Positions 14,098 through 27,682 of a stretch of 64,000 bases of DNA are shown in pieces (positions within the stretch are counted from its first letter, which is position 1; each line of letters starts with the position of its first letter). Both the position numbers and the translations under genes were made by a program. The stretch is from positions 15,252,001-15,316,000 of the forward strand of contig OZ059898.1 in the NCBI GenBank assembly GCA_964057225.1. The letters are read 5' to 3'. This DNA is from Auanema rhodensis (taxonomy: Eukaryota > Animalia > Nematoda). The notes beneath the pieces are model-generated. The model ran no database searches and was not told the origin of the DNA. It saw nothing but the letters and a program-made list of their open reading frames with translations.

Positions 14098-14967
14098 AAT
14101 ATTACCTATAAATCTCTTTAGATTTTGAAAGAAAGCTAAATCTAAATTATTCAAACATAGTACATATAATAAGAAGGTTGAAAAGCTATTCAAATTACAA
14201 GTTATTGTTAAATTTGTTTTTCAAAAAAAAAAAAAATTAATAAGAAACAATAAAGAATATGAAAAAGATATCAAAAAAAGTAATAAGAAGCATGTGATAT
14301 AGTTGAGAATGAAGAAGAGAAAACATCTGCTATCCCTTTTTTTTGTGCAGTTTTTCACAGAAATCAAGGCTAACACCATAGAGATTTTGACGAAATTGGT
14401 ATGTAATCGTTTCTACTCGATAACTAATGATTAGACTGTTTTAACAGCAAAAATAGGTAGATAATGGATGAAAAATGAACAAAGATTTCAATTGATTCTT
14501 AAACGATTTTTAAATTAATTCAAAGCAATTAGGTTTAAGAGCTTAGCACAGAATCTTTGGAACAATTATTTTGAAAGAGCTAGCGAAGATCTTTTCAAAA
14601 GTGCTCAGCAAATTTGATATATAAAACAAAAAAAAGAATGTTAAGAATTCTTTTAATTTATTTTAAATTTTATAAAAGAAATATTAAAAACTTTTATATT
14701 AATATTACTAATCAATATAAATTTGATATTTTTCTTTTAACTTAAAATTTACATTAAATAAACTTTTGTTATGAGTTTGAAATCTTAAAATATACATATA
14801 TAAATTGATATTTCATGAATAAAATGAAAAAAAAAAAACGAAAAAATTGAAAATTTGTGTTCAATTTTCTATTTTACACAATATAAAATATAAAATTTTG
14901 TAGTTTATAAGATGAAAATGTCTAATTATATACAGATATATACATATATAGATATGTGTATATAACT

Positions 14968-15011
<44 letters not shown>

Positions 15012-16386
15012 AGAGAGAGAAAGGTGTATGTATGTGTCTGTTTGCTGTAGAATGTCTCCGTTTTGATGTGAAAATTAGAAGAAAAATAATAAAAATACAA
15101 CTTTAAAAAGAACATTTTCTTATTTTACATAGAATGTACTAAGATATTTAAATATTCAATGCCTTTATTTACTTTTTAAAACTGCAAAATATATGAGCAA
15201 AAGATATATGAAGCAGAATAGGCGTGTTGGAATAAGCCTAAGGAGTAGGAGGAGCTTGGCGAATAACGGCGATACCAAGTGATAGGATCCTCCCCTTTTC
15301 TTTTTCTTTCTCTCTATCTCTCTATGTCACTCACACTCTGTTTGAGTTATTCCCTCGTTTGTCTTCATAACCCAAAGCAGGCAATTGGCTTTTGTTGGTC
15401 AGTTGCAGGCCAAAGGAGAAAAAAAAAGATTTTTCTCTGACCAAATAAGAAATTGAAAAAAGAATTTCAGAATTCATCATTAGCCCTTTTTTTTATTTAA
15501 AAATGGAATAAATTCTGTCGTTTTCAGATTGTCTACGAGCAATTGTCCAAAAAATATTTGGTGACCACAACTTGAGAGAGAAATATTTGCAACAACATGT
15601 CATAGAGGTGTGAGAGAGAGAGAGAGAGAAGAGAGAGAGAGAAGAGAGAGTACAGCTAACTGCCAGTCAACTACAAACTTTGTGCTAACTTCAAGTTCCT
15701 AACTGCTACTGACACAGCTCACGATTCATTTGGATAGATTTTTAGAATATTTCTGTAGAAAAGGCAGATATGAAGCTAATTTATACGAGAATAAAATAAG
15801 AAAATTTGAAGAATAAGTTGGAAATAAAAGAAAAATTGATAATTATTTCATTAAAATATCATTAATGTTTAGAATTTTTAAAATAATGAATATTATATGA
15901 ATGATGAGAATATGTTCCTGATAGAAAAATTAATCCGTAAGCTGTTTTTCTTCTTCTTCGTCTTCTTCAGAGAAGCTGAAGCTGAAGAATGAGAGGAAGA
16001 AGAAATATCAGTAAAATCTCACATCCAATGTCCATATCTGAAAAACGATCTATTATTTTGATTTTATTTTTTGAAAAATAAGACAAAAATTGAGAAAAAA
16101 AAAGAAAAAAAAACGAATTTTTATCAAAGTTGATTGGAGTCAATTTCAAAAAATAAAATAAGGAGAGATATACAGAGAGAGAAAGAGAGAGAGAAAGGGA
16201 GAGATTGAAAAAGAAATAATAATAATGGAAAAGGAAGTAAAATGTAAGGTGAGTTCTAAGTGAGCTAAAGCTTGAATAAAACTTTCAGATGAAGAATAAA
16301 AAAAACAGGAAAAAGTCACATTTTCTTAGAATGGATTTTATAAATAAGAGGAAAAAATCTTGTGTTTATCAATATTTATCTGAATA

Positions 16387-16439
<53 letters not shown>

Positions 16440-19400
16440 AGAGAAGGGGGGAGAATGAGAAAGTAGAATCTTTGTAAGCCTATATATCTGTAATCTTATT
16501 AGAGAACTGAAAAAATAAGAAAAAGCCAGTAAATAGTAGGGTAAAGCGTAATACGAACTATCTAGCCAACAAGTAGAATAAAGGTAAATATAATATTTTT
16601 ACTAATCGTTTAACAAGCCGATAATTCTTTAAGAAGAAACAAGAAAATACTTTAAGAATTTTTTGTAGAAACTTGATCAAAGAACTTCGAAAAACTTCAA
16701 CGGATCTTGAATTTTGGCAGAAAAATGTTCATGCATTATGAATAAAATGACTCATTTGCAGTCTAATATACGAGAAAAACGAACAAAAAATGAGGAAAAA
16801 GCTGGATTGGAGCCAGAGTAGTAGAGGAAAGATTTAAGAATGTGAATAACATATGTAAAAGCAACAAAGACACATCCAAGCAAAGAATGTATTGTATGGT
16901 GGAAGGAACAAGAAGGAAAATCCCTTGGTACGTAATCCTGAGAAAGCTTCAGAGATCGCAGGAATATCCTCTAATGCTTGTGGTTATGATGATAAAAGTT
17001 TTATAAAGCTTGTTAAGGTTGAGGAAACTTGAAATGGCAATCGGTGGTAATTAGTTTTGTGTCTTGCAGTTTCATTTGGTTAAATACATATTTGGTCGGA
17101 AAAACAACAGCAGAATATGAAAATAATTGATGGAAAGGTGGGAAAGGGAGATAGAAATATAGAAAATGAGTGAGAGAGAGAGAGAGAGAGAGAGAGAAAC
17201 TCTTGTATATTCTATGTATATATGGTAGCACGTGTTTGAGTACGGATTTTGCGTATTTTTCTGCCAAAAAAAGGCAAAGAAATTCATGGATTGCACATGT
17301 GCGTCTTGATGTGCTTTGTAGGCTAAACTATCCAACATCCGCCTGTTCAAGTGTTTTCTCAATAGAACGAAAATCGTCTAGAAATTGTTTTGTTTTGCTC
17401 CAATTTCACACGTACATCATGGGAATTGAGCGGAAGGCAAGCACAAGCTAGAAAGATAGGTAAAAGACAATGTAAAATTGAAAAATTGCTTTTCAGATAC
17501 AGCTTCTCATTCAGATTTGGCGGTAGCCGCTTCTGCAGAAACAAAAACGGAAACTGTGTGTGTTTGATCAAGTAGTATGCATGTAGATATGTATATCTTC
17601 AAGATATCTTCAAATCTCTACAAGCTGTTTTCTAGGTTTTTACTTCATTTCGATTTAATTTCTTCCACAAAATGAGTTCATTCTGAACTTTGTTTCAAAA
17701 TAATATTTGGAAGAAAAAGGAAAAGAACCTAACTCAGTTTTGAAAAATGTTGGAGGAGTTTGAAGCAAGCAATACAGCAGCAGCATCAAAGCTTTTTCTT
17801 TTCTTCTACTCCTCCTCCTCCTCTTCCTACACACACTAACATGTACATGAATGCACTTCGAAGGTGTTTTTTGATGAAAAAAAAAAAAGAAATGATGGGA
17901 GAAACTCACCTGTAATCTTATGTTATGATGGGAAAAGTAGGATGAGTGAGATTAAATAGAATATTTCTAATTAAAGTCCCAAAATAAAATATGAAGAAAC
18001 TGTAACAAACAAGTAGAAAGTAATATAAAAAATTTAATTAAGCTAATAATTAAAGTATTATCATTAATTATCGAAGAAGTTTTCTAAGAAAATTAGAAAA
18101 CTAAGAAGTACTTCAATATCTGCAACATTGTTCATTGAGTGTATTTCTCTTTCTCTCTCCCAATCTTCTGGATAAAGGACAGAAACTTATTGGAAAAACT
18201 CTATGAAATACAAGAAAATATCCTTTTTTTCTTATTCTTCTTCTTCTTTTTCTCACAATATATAAGACAATGAATGATTAAGTAGTATGCCTGTCTGATA
18301 TTCAAGTAAATAGGGAAAAACGAACTAAAAAATTATGATTTTCAGGTTCTAAAAAAAGGATTTTAGTCTTATATATGTATTCATATATATATATATATAT
18401 TTATATACGTAAACAACAATTTCGTGTTATTTCTCACTTCAATATCTTCGGAAAAAAAATGTTTGTTGCAGCCTGAGAATAACTGAGATATCTCATATTT
18501 CATTTTACCTTCTGCTTATACATATATAGTCATCATCTTCTATTTAAAATATTATAATAATTCTACTTTTTGGGTCTTAACACGAATTTGTTTGTTTCAA
18601 AAGAAATTAGTAATAGATCGACAGAAGATTTTTTTTTTATTTTTTCATTTAACAAGTTTTTTTTTAGTAAATAAACCGCACAACCATACAAACATACATA
18701 TGTACTACAACAGCTCATGTAAAACGGAGAGAAGGAATGAGCCAAAGAGGTATGAGAAGAGCATATACATGTACATACGTCTATTGCATACCACTATGTA
18801 GATTACGAATAAATTGCTTTGTTTGAAAGAAAAAAAACAAACAAAAAAAGTAAATTGTACTAAGTTAACTGGCATTTATCATAACAAATAATCAAATTTT
18901 TTGACTGAAACAACAGTTTTGAAAATTAAAAAATGCTCGGAAAATGATATAATTTGCTTATATTTTGAATAAATTAGTTATGAAAAATTTAGAAAAGTTG
19001 ATAGATTTCTTGAATGTTTTTGGAATAATATTAGTGCAAGAATTTGGACATAACAAGCTTGATTTCAGGTTGAGACATCCCGGATATCTAGGTGTAAGTG
19101 AATTTGAATAGTGAGCTACGAGAGAAAACAGAAAGCTGAGAAACAATCAATGCCTCCAAGGCAAAATACTGGAATAAGATTCTGCGTAGATGAAGGTCCA
19201 CAACGTAAAAAAAGGAAACAAGGCAGTCAGAAGAAGAATACGTAGTGTTTTTGGTGAAAAATATCAGTTTGTCGTTAGCCTTCTCTATCTATCTATCTAT
19301 CTATCTACCTTTTACTAGTTGCGGACTAAACAGGAAAAAATCGGAAGGAAAGGAGAAAGCGAGAAAGCTTGAGAGGGATAGAGAGACATGTTGAGTTCAA

Positions 19401-22314
19401 AAGAGAGAGAGAGAGAGAGAGGGGGGAGTAAGAGAGAGAGGGAGAGATTACAATAGAGGAAGAAAGGGAAAAACGGACTAAGAAGGAAGGAAGAATAGAG
19501 ACGAAACTCACAAAATGGCTAGCAATGAAGAAAATACGATGAAATAGAAAAAAGCGCAGAAAGAGAAGAAAATAAAACGACAAACGTACCCCAAGGATGG
19601 ATGGACGAAATTTAGTTGCAAAGTTTTTGAAAAGAAAATAAAAGAATTGAGAAACAGAAAATTACTTGACTAATGCATAAAGCCTATAGCAACAGCTGGT
19701 TCAAATTCAAAACTTAATAAATTATTGATGAAATTCTTATTTTATCATTAACTTCATAAATACGATTTGAATGTTAAATTTGAATGAAAATGCTTTGGTA
19801 TTTTGAAAAATTCGATAGAAATGTTGTTAGTTAGGATCATAATATCAGAATGAACTTTGTATCAAACTTAGAAATGTACTTAAAAATGGATAAAAGCAGT
19901 TTGTATGAGGCTAAAAATTACCACAGATCGAGAAAGAAATTGCATTTTTGTGAAAGAAAACTGAGATATTTTGGACATTAGCGGGGCGAAATTTTTTTTT
20001 TTTCGACCCAAATGGAAAGATAAAAAAAGAAGTTTTGCAGAGTGAGAGGGAGGACATGTTTAGCTAAAACCTGGCAAGAAATGATGATGATGATGAGATG
20101 AATGAGCAGTAAAATGTATATTCATATCTTAAGAGGAGAAGTTGATGAGAGATGAAGAACATTGAGATTAAGCACTTAATACTACGATGAGAAAAGTAAT
20201 ACTTGGAAGAAGTTCTTAGTCACGACATCTCAATTGAATAATCAAGAGAAATGGATATAATAAAATAATTTATCTCTATCTATATCTGATATAATATTCT
20301 GATTTTACAGCCAAAAATTGGTAAAGAAGGAATGAAGCTGAAACTGCGATAGATTGCGAATGATGGGACACGAATACGAAGCATTCACTCTGAGCATAGT
20401 AACGAGTAGAGAGAGAGAGAGAGAGAAGGAGAGAGAGAGGGGAGAGAGAGAGGGGGGAGTAGAGAGAAGTATAAATAAAATAATGACAATTTTTATTTCC
20501 GTATAAGATGATTAGAAGGCTTGAATCTATATTCTTTCATATTTTTTTTAATTTTCATTAATATGTAATGCGATTTGAAGATTTTATTACTGTTTTAGCA
20601 GAATTTTTATTTAAATTTCTGGTCGTCGTACATGTATGTGGACAGAATTTGTTGTTGTGTTTTCTTCCCTTTTGAACTTTCACAAGTTATTAGAGAGAAA
20701 ACAAGGAAATTTCTATAATACATGTTGAAAGGTAAAACAAAGTTAGAAGAAAATGTATTTGAAGGTTGAAGAGGAAAACAAGCTTCAGCATTTATCTGGA
20801 GAATTGTAAATTCATGGAGATGAGTCGAAATGTACAATGAAAACGATTATAGAATCAAGAAACTTGGTAAAAGCTTAAAGCATGAGAAGGATAATAATGA
20901 TAGTTGGAATGATTGTGCTCACCCACAGTGTTATGATGCTGAATGAACAATGAAGGAACAGAAGCTGACAAAGATGCTTGATGACGATCACGGCTGAAGA
21001 TGAAAAACCTTCGGAATGACAACTAGATTGATAGAATATGGGAAAATGATGAGTAGAAGTATGACAGCAACATGAAAATCAACAGATAAGTCATTAATAT
21101 TCTTCTGAATAGTTTCAGACAGCCATTTGACGATGGGCCGTTTTTGACACTTTGTCTTCGAAGCCGTAGTTAGTACCAGAAACAGACATACACACATGGC
21201 TTTCATACATACATGGCTTTGGGACACAGACATGTCCGGGAATGGCAAATTGCCAATGAAAATTAGATTTCCACGTGGGACCAGCAGCTGCATAGGCATT
21301 GAGTGGACGGAATACGGACGACAACTAGATGAGCAAGACAAGGAAGGAAGGATATAGACAGCGGATGAAGAAGCATAGAGGGACAACGAGAGATGAGATG
21401 AGGGCGAACGACATTGCGAGAGAGCTGTAGAAGAAAAGAAAGAGCAGAGAAACAGAAGAGAGCTAGATGAGTAAGCAGAGAAATGAGAATAAGGAGTTCT
21501 CTTTCTTTGATTAAGACTGAGATGAGTTGGAGATGTGCCTTGATTCAAGGAATATGCTAATTTCCGTCCCAGAAGACGCTTCAAATCCGCATGGCATTTG
21601 TATTTATCTAATCTTTCTTCCAAACTTTTCGAGTTCAAATGAGGAAATTATTAAAAAATTATATAATTTATTATTTAAAAATGAAGTTTTTCAAACAAAA
21701 AATGGCCAAGAAAGAGAGATTAGAAGAAAGCTTATGATCTAAAACTTGTTCAATCATTAATGTGACAATTAATTTATATAAAATAATATTTATAAATATA
21801 TATAATTAATATAAATTATAATATATTTAATAATATTATTCGTTATTATAGTTTAGATATATTTATATAATAATATAATCATATTTAAAAGTTAATTATA
21901 CAAAAAAAAAGGAAATAATCAAATAATTTACAAAACTATATGTAATATTTACCAGTTAAAATAATTAATAATTCAATTATTATTATCGAAAATTGAAAAA
22001 TAATGTTTCATTGGAAACAGAAGTGAATATATTATTTGAACTGCCTTGTTGATTATATTATTTGACGACGTGAGCTAATGGAACGTGGAATACGTGAATG
22101 ATTACGTCAATACGTGAAGTAGATGTAGCATTATTCGAATAAAGTAAGTCATTTGAACGGTTGTGTTGAGAGTAGTAATGTGATAATATGCCCATGATGA
22201 CATTAGTATATCAGAATATTCATAGAGTTTATAGTCTATATCATATAGTATATAATATATAGATAGATATAGATAGATACATATGTATTTATCTAAATAT
22301 ATTTATAAAGAGTT

Positions 22315-22356
<42 letters not shown>

Positions 22357-25300
22357 CATGACTCAATACAGCCAATTGTAGTATAATAAATTTGTATAAA
22401 GGCAAAAAATAAGAAATTTTGTTGAACTAAATGACAAAATTGTCACGAATTGTCTTGAAAAGACAAGAGACAATGCTTGTGAAGACGAAAAAAAATAGGC
22501 AAAAAGGCTGAAGAAAGATAGAGAAAGTGGGTGAGGAACGCGAACGAAAAAAAGACCAAGTCCTACAAACTGCTTAAACGGAAATCCATGTACATCTAGA
22601 AAGAGGCAAAATCGTGTGTTGATGTTTTAAGCAACAGGAGCAAAAGGCCAGTATTAAAACATCTAAAGACTCTCAACATCTTAACAACAAGCTCAAAAAA
22701 AGAAAGAATTTATATGAGAGAGAGAGAGAGAGAAATATTGGAAGATATTGGAAAAAAACGAGAGGGTATAGAATGAGAGAGGGAGAGAGATAGAGAGATA
22801 GAAAGGGCTGGAGGAAGTGGTATAGGAGATGAAGCGAAAAGAGAAGAAAAGCACTGTTACGTTAATAGGAAAAAGAAAACAGATTAAATTACATTAAGGA
22901 TTGTGATTTCAAATGTTTTATCTTTTACTTCTAAAATCAAAAAAAAAAAGAATTTGTTGTTTCATTTTTTTTTGTTTTTCCTATTCATTATTGAGATCAA
23001 ATAGCATTTCATTAGATTATTTAACATGAAAGATAACCATAATAATATGGAAAAGTATGGTTTGAAAGACATGAAAATGGAAATATTATATATTTGGATG
23101 AGAGGATATAATTTGTATTGTAAAGAGAATAAGAAGTGAGACATGATGAATGAAGCTACTTAAGGTATGAGAGATATTTCAAACTATACATATACATACA
23201 TACTTATACTATAACGATTATAACAATGAAACATTTCTAATAGAATATGTTTTAAAGAATTATATTCTATTTCTATATAATAGATAAATCTATCTATCTA
23301 TATATATATAGAATATAATAAAATACAGTTAAGCAAATAAGTTGGACTGTAATATAGTTAAAGCGTAAAGATGAAGGCTAGTTTTGAAATTTTAGTGTAA
23401 GTTAGGCAGAAAAGGACAGACGATGATCAGCCGAAGTAAACATGATTCATTCTAATCTCTCTTTTATATATTATTTGTTAAAATGTTGTACACAATAAAT
23501 GGAAAAATAGAGCAAAAGATAGAATATAAGATAAGAGAGTATTGTAGGAATTATGGGAGAAAGTATTAGTTATAGAGAGAGAGAGAGGGAGAGAGAGAGA
23601 AAACCGAATACAAGAGACTTCAAAGAATCTGGAAGTATCAAATGGTTAGTATGATGAAAAGAGGAAATAAATGATTATGCGACATCCTTGGAATTATTGC
23701 CTTTCCAATTAAAGATATTTCAAAAATTCAAAGATAGGTGAATTGAATTAAGTGAAAGCCAACTTCAAACTCGAAAAATGAGCAGGAAACTTGTGTGCTT
23801 GAAGCATAAGCCTATAAATTTAGAAGTGAAACGAATAATGGCGTATGGTTAGTTGGAGTGAATACGAGTGTGTAGGAGATACTTGCCCTCCCTGGGCCAT
23901 ATTGCTCATGGTGCTAGTGGACTTAATGGTGATATTTGGTTGGAGAAGATAGAAAAGCATGTGCTGCTGTTGGTCTGTTGGCTCTTGCGACGAAAGGGTG
24001 AGGAGGAGAAGAGGGTGGATAGAAGAGCCTTCTCCAGGGGGCAATGCCATCAAAATGTCCGTTGCGGGCGACTAGGTCGTGCCCACTGCGTGTTCTCTTT
24101 CTCAAGCTCATCTTCATTTTTCCTCCAGCCTTTTTACTCTTTTTCTATATTTACATAGTTGGTTGTCTGTAGAAGATATGTATGTAGCAGCAGAGCCGTA
24201 TGTACTCACATAGAGACACCGTCTCACAGCGTAGTCTACGATGAAAACGTATGTATACGATGACAAATAAGTAAAAGTAAAATTAATTAAAGATAAAAGT
24301 CAAATGGTTTGAAGAGACAAATCTGTGTATGTGCTTGCTTGTGTGCATGTATGTGTGTGTGTGACGCATCCGAAGTCTGATATATGTATGCATTCAAAGC
24401 AATTGAATCTGTTAAATGGCTTGAAACATAGGGATCTGTGCATTGGAATCTGAATGAAGACAATATGTGGTGGCATAGTGTGCGTTTGGAATCGAATGCT
24501 CCAATATCAGGGAAAGAAATTAAAGAGGAAGAGAGAGAGAGGGGGGGAGGGGAGAGAAATGAAGGTAATAGGAGAGAAACGGTTAAAAAGAATAAAAATG
24601 AAAAGTAAAAGAGAAAAAGCAACCGTACATTACATTATTCAATTCTAAATGGAATATGCTCACGTAGTCTAATTTCACGTAAACAACGCATGCTTAACAA
24701 CACATGAATCTTCATTATTTCCTTTTACATACTAATTATTTAATTTATTCTCTGAGATATAAGAGAAGAATTGACAGCAAAAAAAAGAGGAAAAACAAAT
24801 CGATTATCATGTAAATGGGAAATAAAATGGTTATGAGACAACATCAAATATGGTTGACACCTGTAATTGCGCAACAAGGTCCGAGGTTGAGAGTTAAAGA
24901 GGTCGATTATGGGCTCATATAAGAAGAATAAGAAAGCTGTATAAGACCGTTTGTTGTTGACATGATGCACATACCAAATGAAACGCCTTATTCGGCAATT
25001 ATTAAATAATAAAATTAATTATTATTAAGATTATTCATAAGGAGATGGATATTCAACATTAGAGTCTGATTGCTAAGGGTCGACATGAAGAGATATGAGT
25101 GTTGTCTGCTACATAGTGAACAGATGATGAAGAAGAAGAAGAAGAACACATCAATTGAACATCAAAAACTTTGAAATTATAGAGGAAAATGAAGTAATTT
25201 CAATTGAAAAATGTAAAAATATTATGTTATTTGGGTAGATATGAAGGTAGTAGATCAAATGCCTTCTCAATTTGTCCAATGTTACGGCAACTTATTGGAA

Positions 25301-25591
25301 GGCACTAGATAGATGAACATTGAGGGGAGAGAGAGAGAGAGAGACAGAGAGAGAAAGAGAGAAAGACAGGAGATGGAGTGAATATTATCATAATAGTCCC
25401 AGCACGAGGATTGAATCTTATCAAAGTTTTGAATAAAGATATAATAAGAATAACAGAGAATATATGTCAAAATGGACTGGATAGCTTATAATCATTTATC
25501 AATGAACAGGAGCCTTATGTTCAATTTTTTCTATGAATAAGCTAACTGATTAGCTTGAAAAGGTAAAAAAGGCAAAATAAGAGATGAATAC

Positions 25592-25595
<4 letters not shown>

Positions 25596-25660
<65 letters not shown>
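25596..25660. repeat. (GA)n microsatellite
   Basis: Perfect GA run. Confidence 0.97.
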
Positions 25661-25665
<5 letters not shown>

Positions 25666-26233
25666 ATGAAAATAAGAAAAATATGTGATTACAATAAGTG
25701 TTACATGTCGTCGAGCTGTCTTGAAGGCATTTATTACGGAACAACTAAAATTACTTGTCGGTAGAGCTTTCAACCTCAATTTGAAAGCAATAACCTTTAC
25801 AACTTTACAACTTTAACAGAAAGAGTAATTGTGTTGAAAGAGAATGAGGAAAATTAGGAAAAGAATGGAATAACATATACTAAAAAGATGAAAAAAATGG
25901 AAACATGACGACAGATGAAAGAAAAGACTCGAGAACGATTTGAAGAGAGAATCTCACGCTTCCATATTCTATCACGTTTTTAAGCGAAATTTTCTAAAAG
26001 CAAAAAATGCATTCAGCATTAGAAAAAATGGGGATAAACATATATTTTCTGAACATATTTCAGGTCTATAAGACATTTAGAGTAAGGTTATGTGAATAAT
26101 GGATTGCCATCTCTCATAACCGATCAAGAGAGTTTGAGAACTGAGAGAAGAGGAAGGAAAGATATACAGAGATATCAAATAAGATTATACAAGTAATGAG
26201 AGAGAGGTACTGAAGAGGTAATGGTTTTGAAAG

Positions 26234-26282
<49 letters not shown>

Positions 26283-27312
26283 GAGAGAATGATTTCAGGA
26301 TTGGGCAGGCAAAACGACCCATCAGAATAAGAAGATGATAGTGGTGTGGATCCATCATAGACAAAGACTAAACGACTCTCTATAATTGGCATAATATCTT
26401 CTTCTTCTTCTTCTTCTCCTTTCTTCTTACTTCAAATGTTAATCATTCAGTTATACATAAACTATATTAATCGATTTATGTGATGATTGGTGTTACATTC
26501 ATTATCAGAAGATATTCTAACACGAATTGATCAATGAGTGATTGGTAGGATTTAATAGTTAAGGTTAAGATGGCCAGACTAACAACTAACAGCCAATAAT
26601 GAAATATCATACTAACTTAGATACACAGACAGTCAAACAGATAGACATGGCTAGATAGAGAGATAAATCGACCACTACTTCACCACCATAAAGCTTTCTA
26701 ATACATCTGACCCGTGGCAAATACATTTAATGATCAATCATGGCTTTTCAGGTGTAAGTCAATGAACAACTTAAGCTGACCTTTATTGACAGATGAAAAT
26801 GAAGGACATGGAGGAAAAGAGGAATTTGTCACAGAGAGAAAGCAAAAAAAAAGAGAAAGAGGGAGGCAAAGAGAGAGAGAGAGAACAAGGGAGTGGGTGA
26901 GGTTGAAACTATGGATGGCTATTTTCTATGCTGGAGGGTAATAACCCTTTGTATAGTCCGCAATTTGAAAGACTTATAATGCATTTTGAAACACCTCATT
27001 TAAACTATTTGATCCGTTTCACTTTTGAAAAACTATTGCTCATCTGTGCACGATGTCTGATCCATTATAATCGAAAAATGTCTTTCGGAAGCATTTTCTT
27101 CTTAAACAACACTCTTCCATGTATTACTTCCACCTTTTTCCCAACGAATGTCACTATCTTTTCCTAATCAAGGCGGGGCCCTCGATAATGTATTTTAAAT
27201 TTATCAAAACACATTTTTTCCAAATTTCCTATCTTCTGAGTCTTTTATGACAACCTACCTTCATCTAATATAACGCATGAGATATAAGAGGGTCAGACTG
27301 TAAAGTCAAGAT

Positions 27313-27324
27313 AGAGACGCAGAG
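27313..27324 (+). promoter_or_regulatory. AGAGACGCAGAG, the GAGACGCAGA (EOR-1-type) nematode promoter motif, upstream of the angiomotin-like gene
   Basis: Exact GAGACGCAGA about 340 bp upstream of the tttgcag acceptor (27664) that precedes the ATG at 27683. Confidence 0.5.
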
Positions 27325-27682
27325 GAACCGACGCTTCCGTCAACCAGTGTGTATTAAGAAAGGTGCTCTAATTATTATTACAATTTATATTAAATTAATA
27401 TTTTTAATTTATTTTAATTTACATTAATTTCTGTTTATTATATTTTATATTTTTATATTATTGGTTAAAATATTTTTCATATATATTTCAAACTTTTTTG
27501 CTTATCAATTAATTTTGGTTTAGTGTATTTCTTATTTAATGTTTTCTAATATAATTTTATATATTAGCTGTTTTTCACATATAATAAGGAACGCTTAGTT
27601 TATGAATAGCTAATAATGTTTTATGTTTTTCATTCAATTTTTACAAGTTGACGCTTATTTGCAGCGTATTTCTTAACTTCTC

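Noticed and set aside
20988-21638. 216-aa minus-strand ORF, the longest in the track
   Set aside because: Non-ATG start, Ser/Leu-rich because of a pyrimidine-rich strand, and no recognisable domain or splice context.
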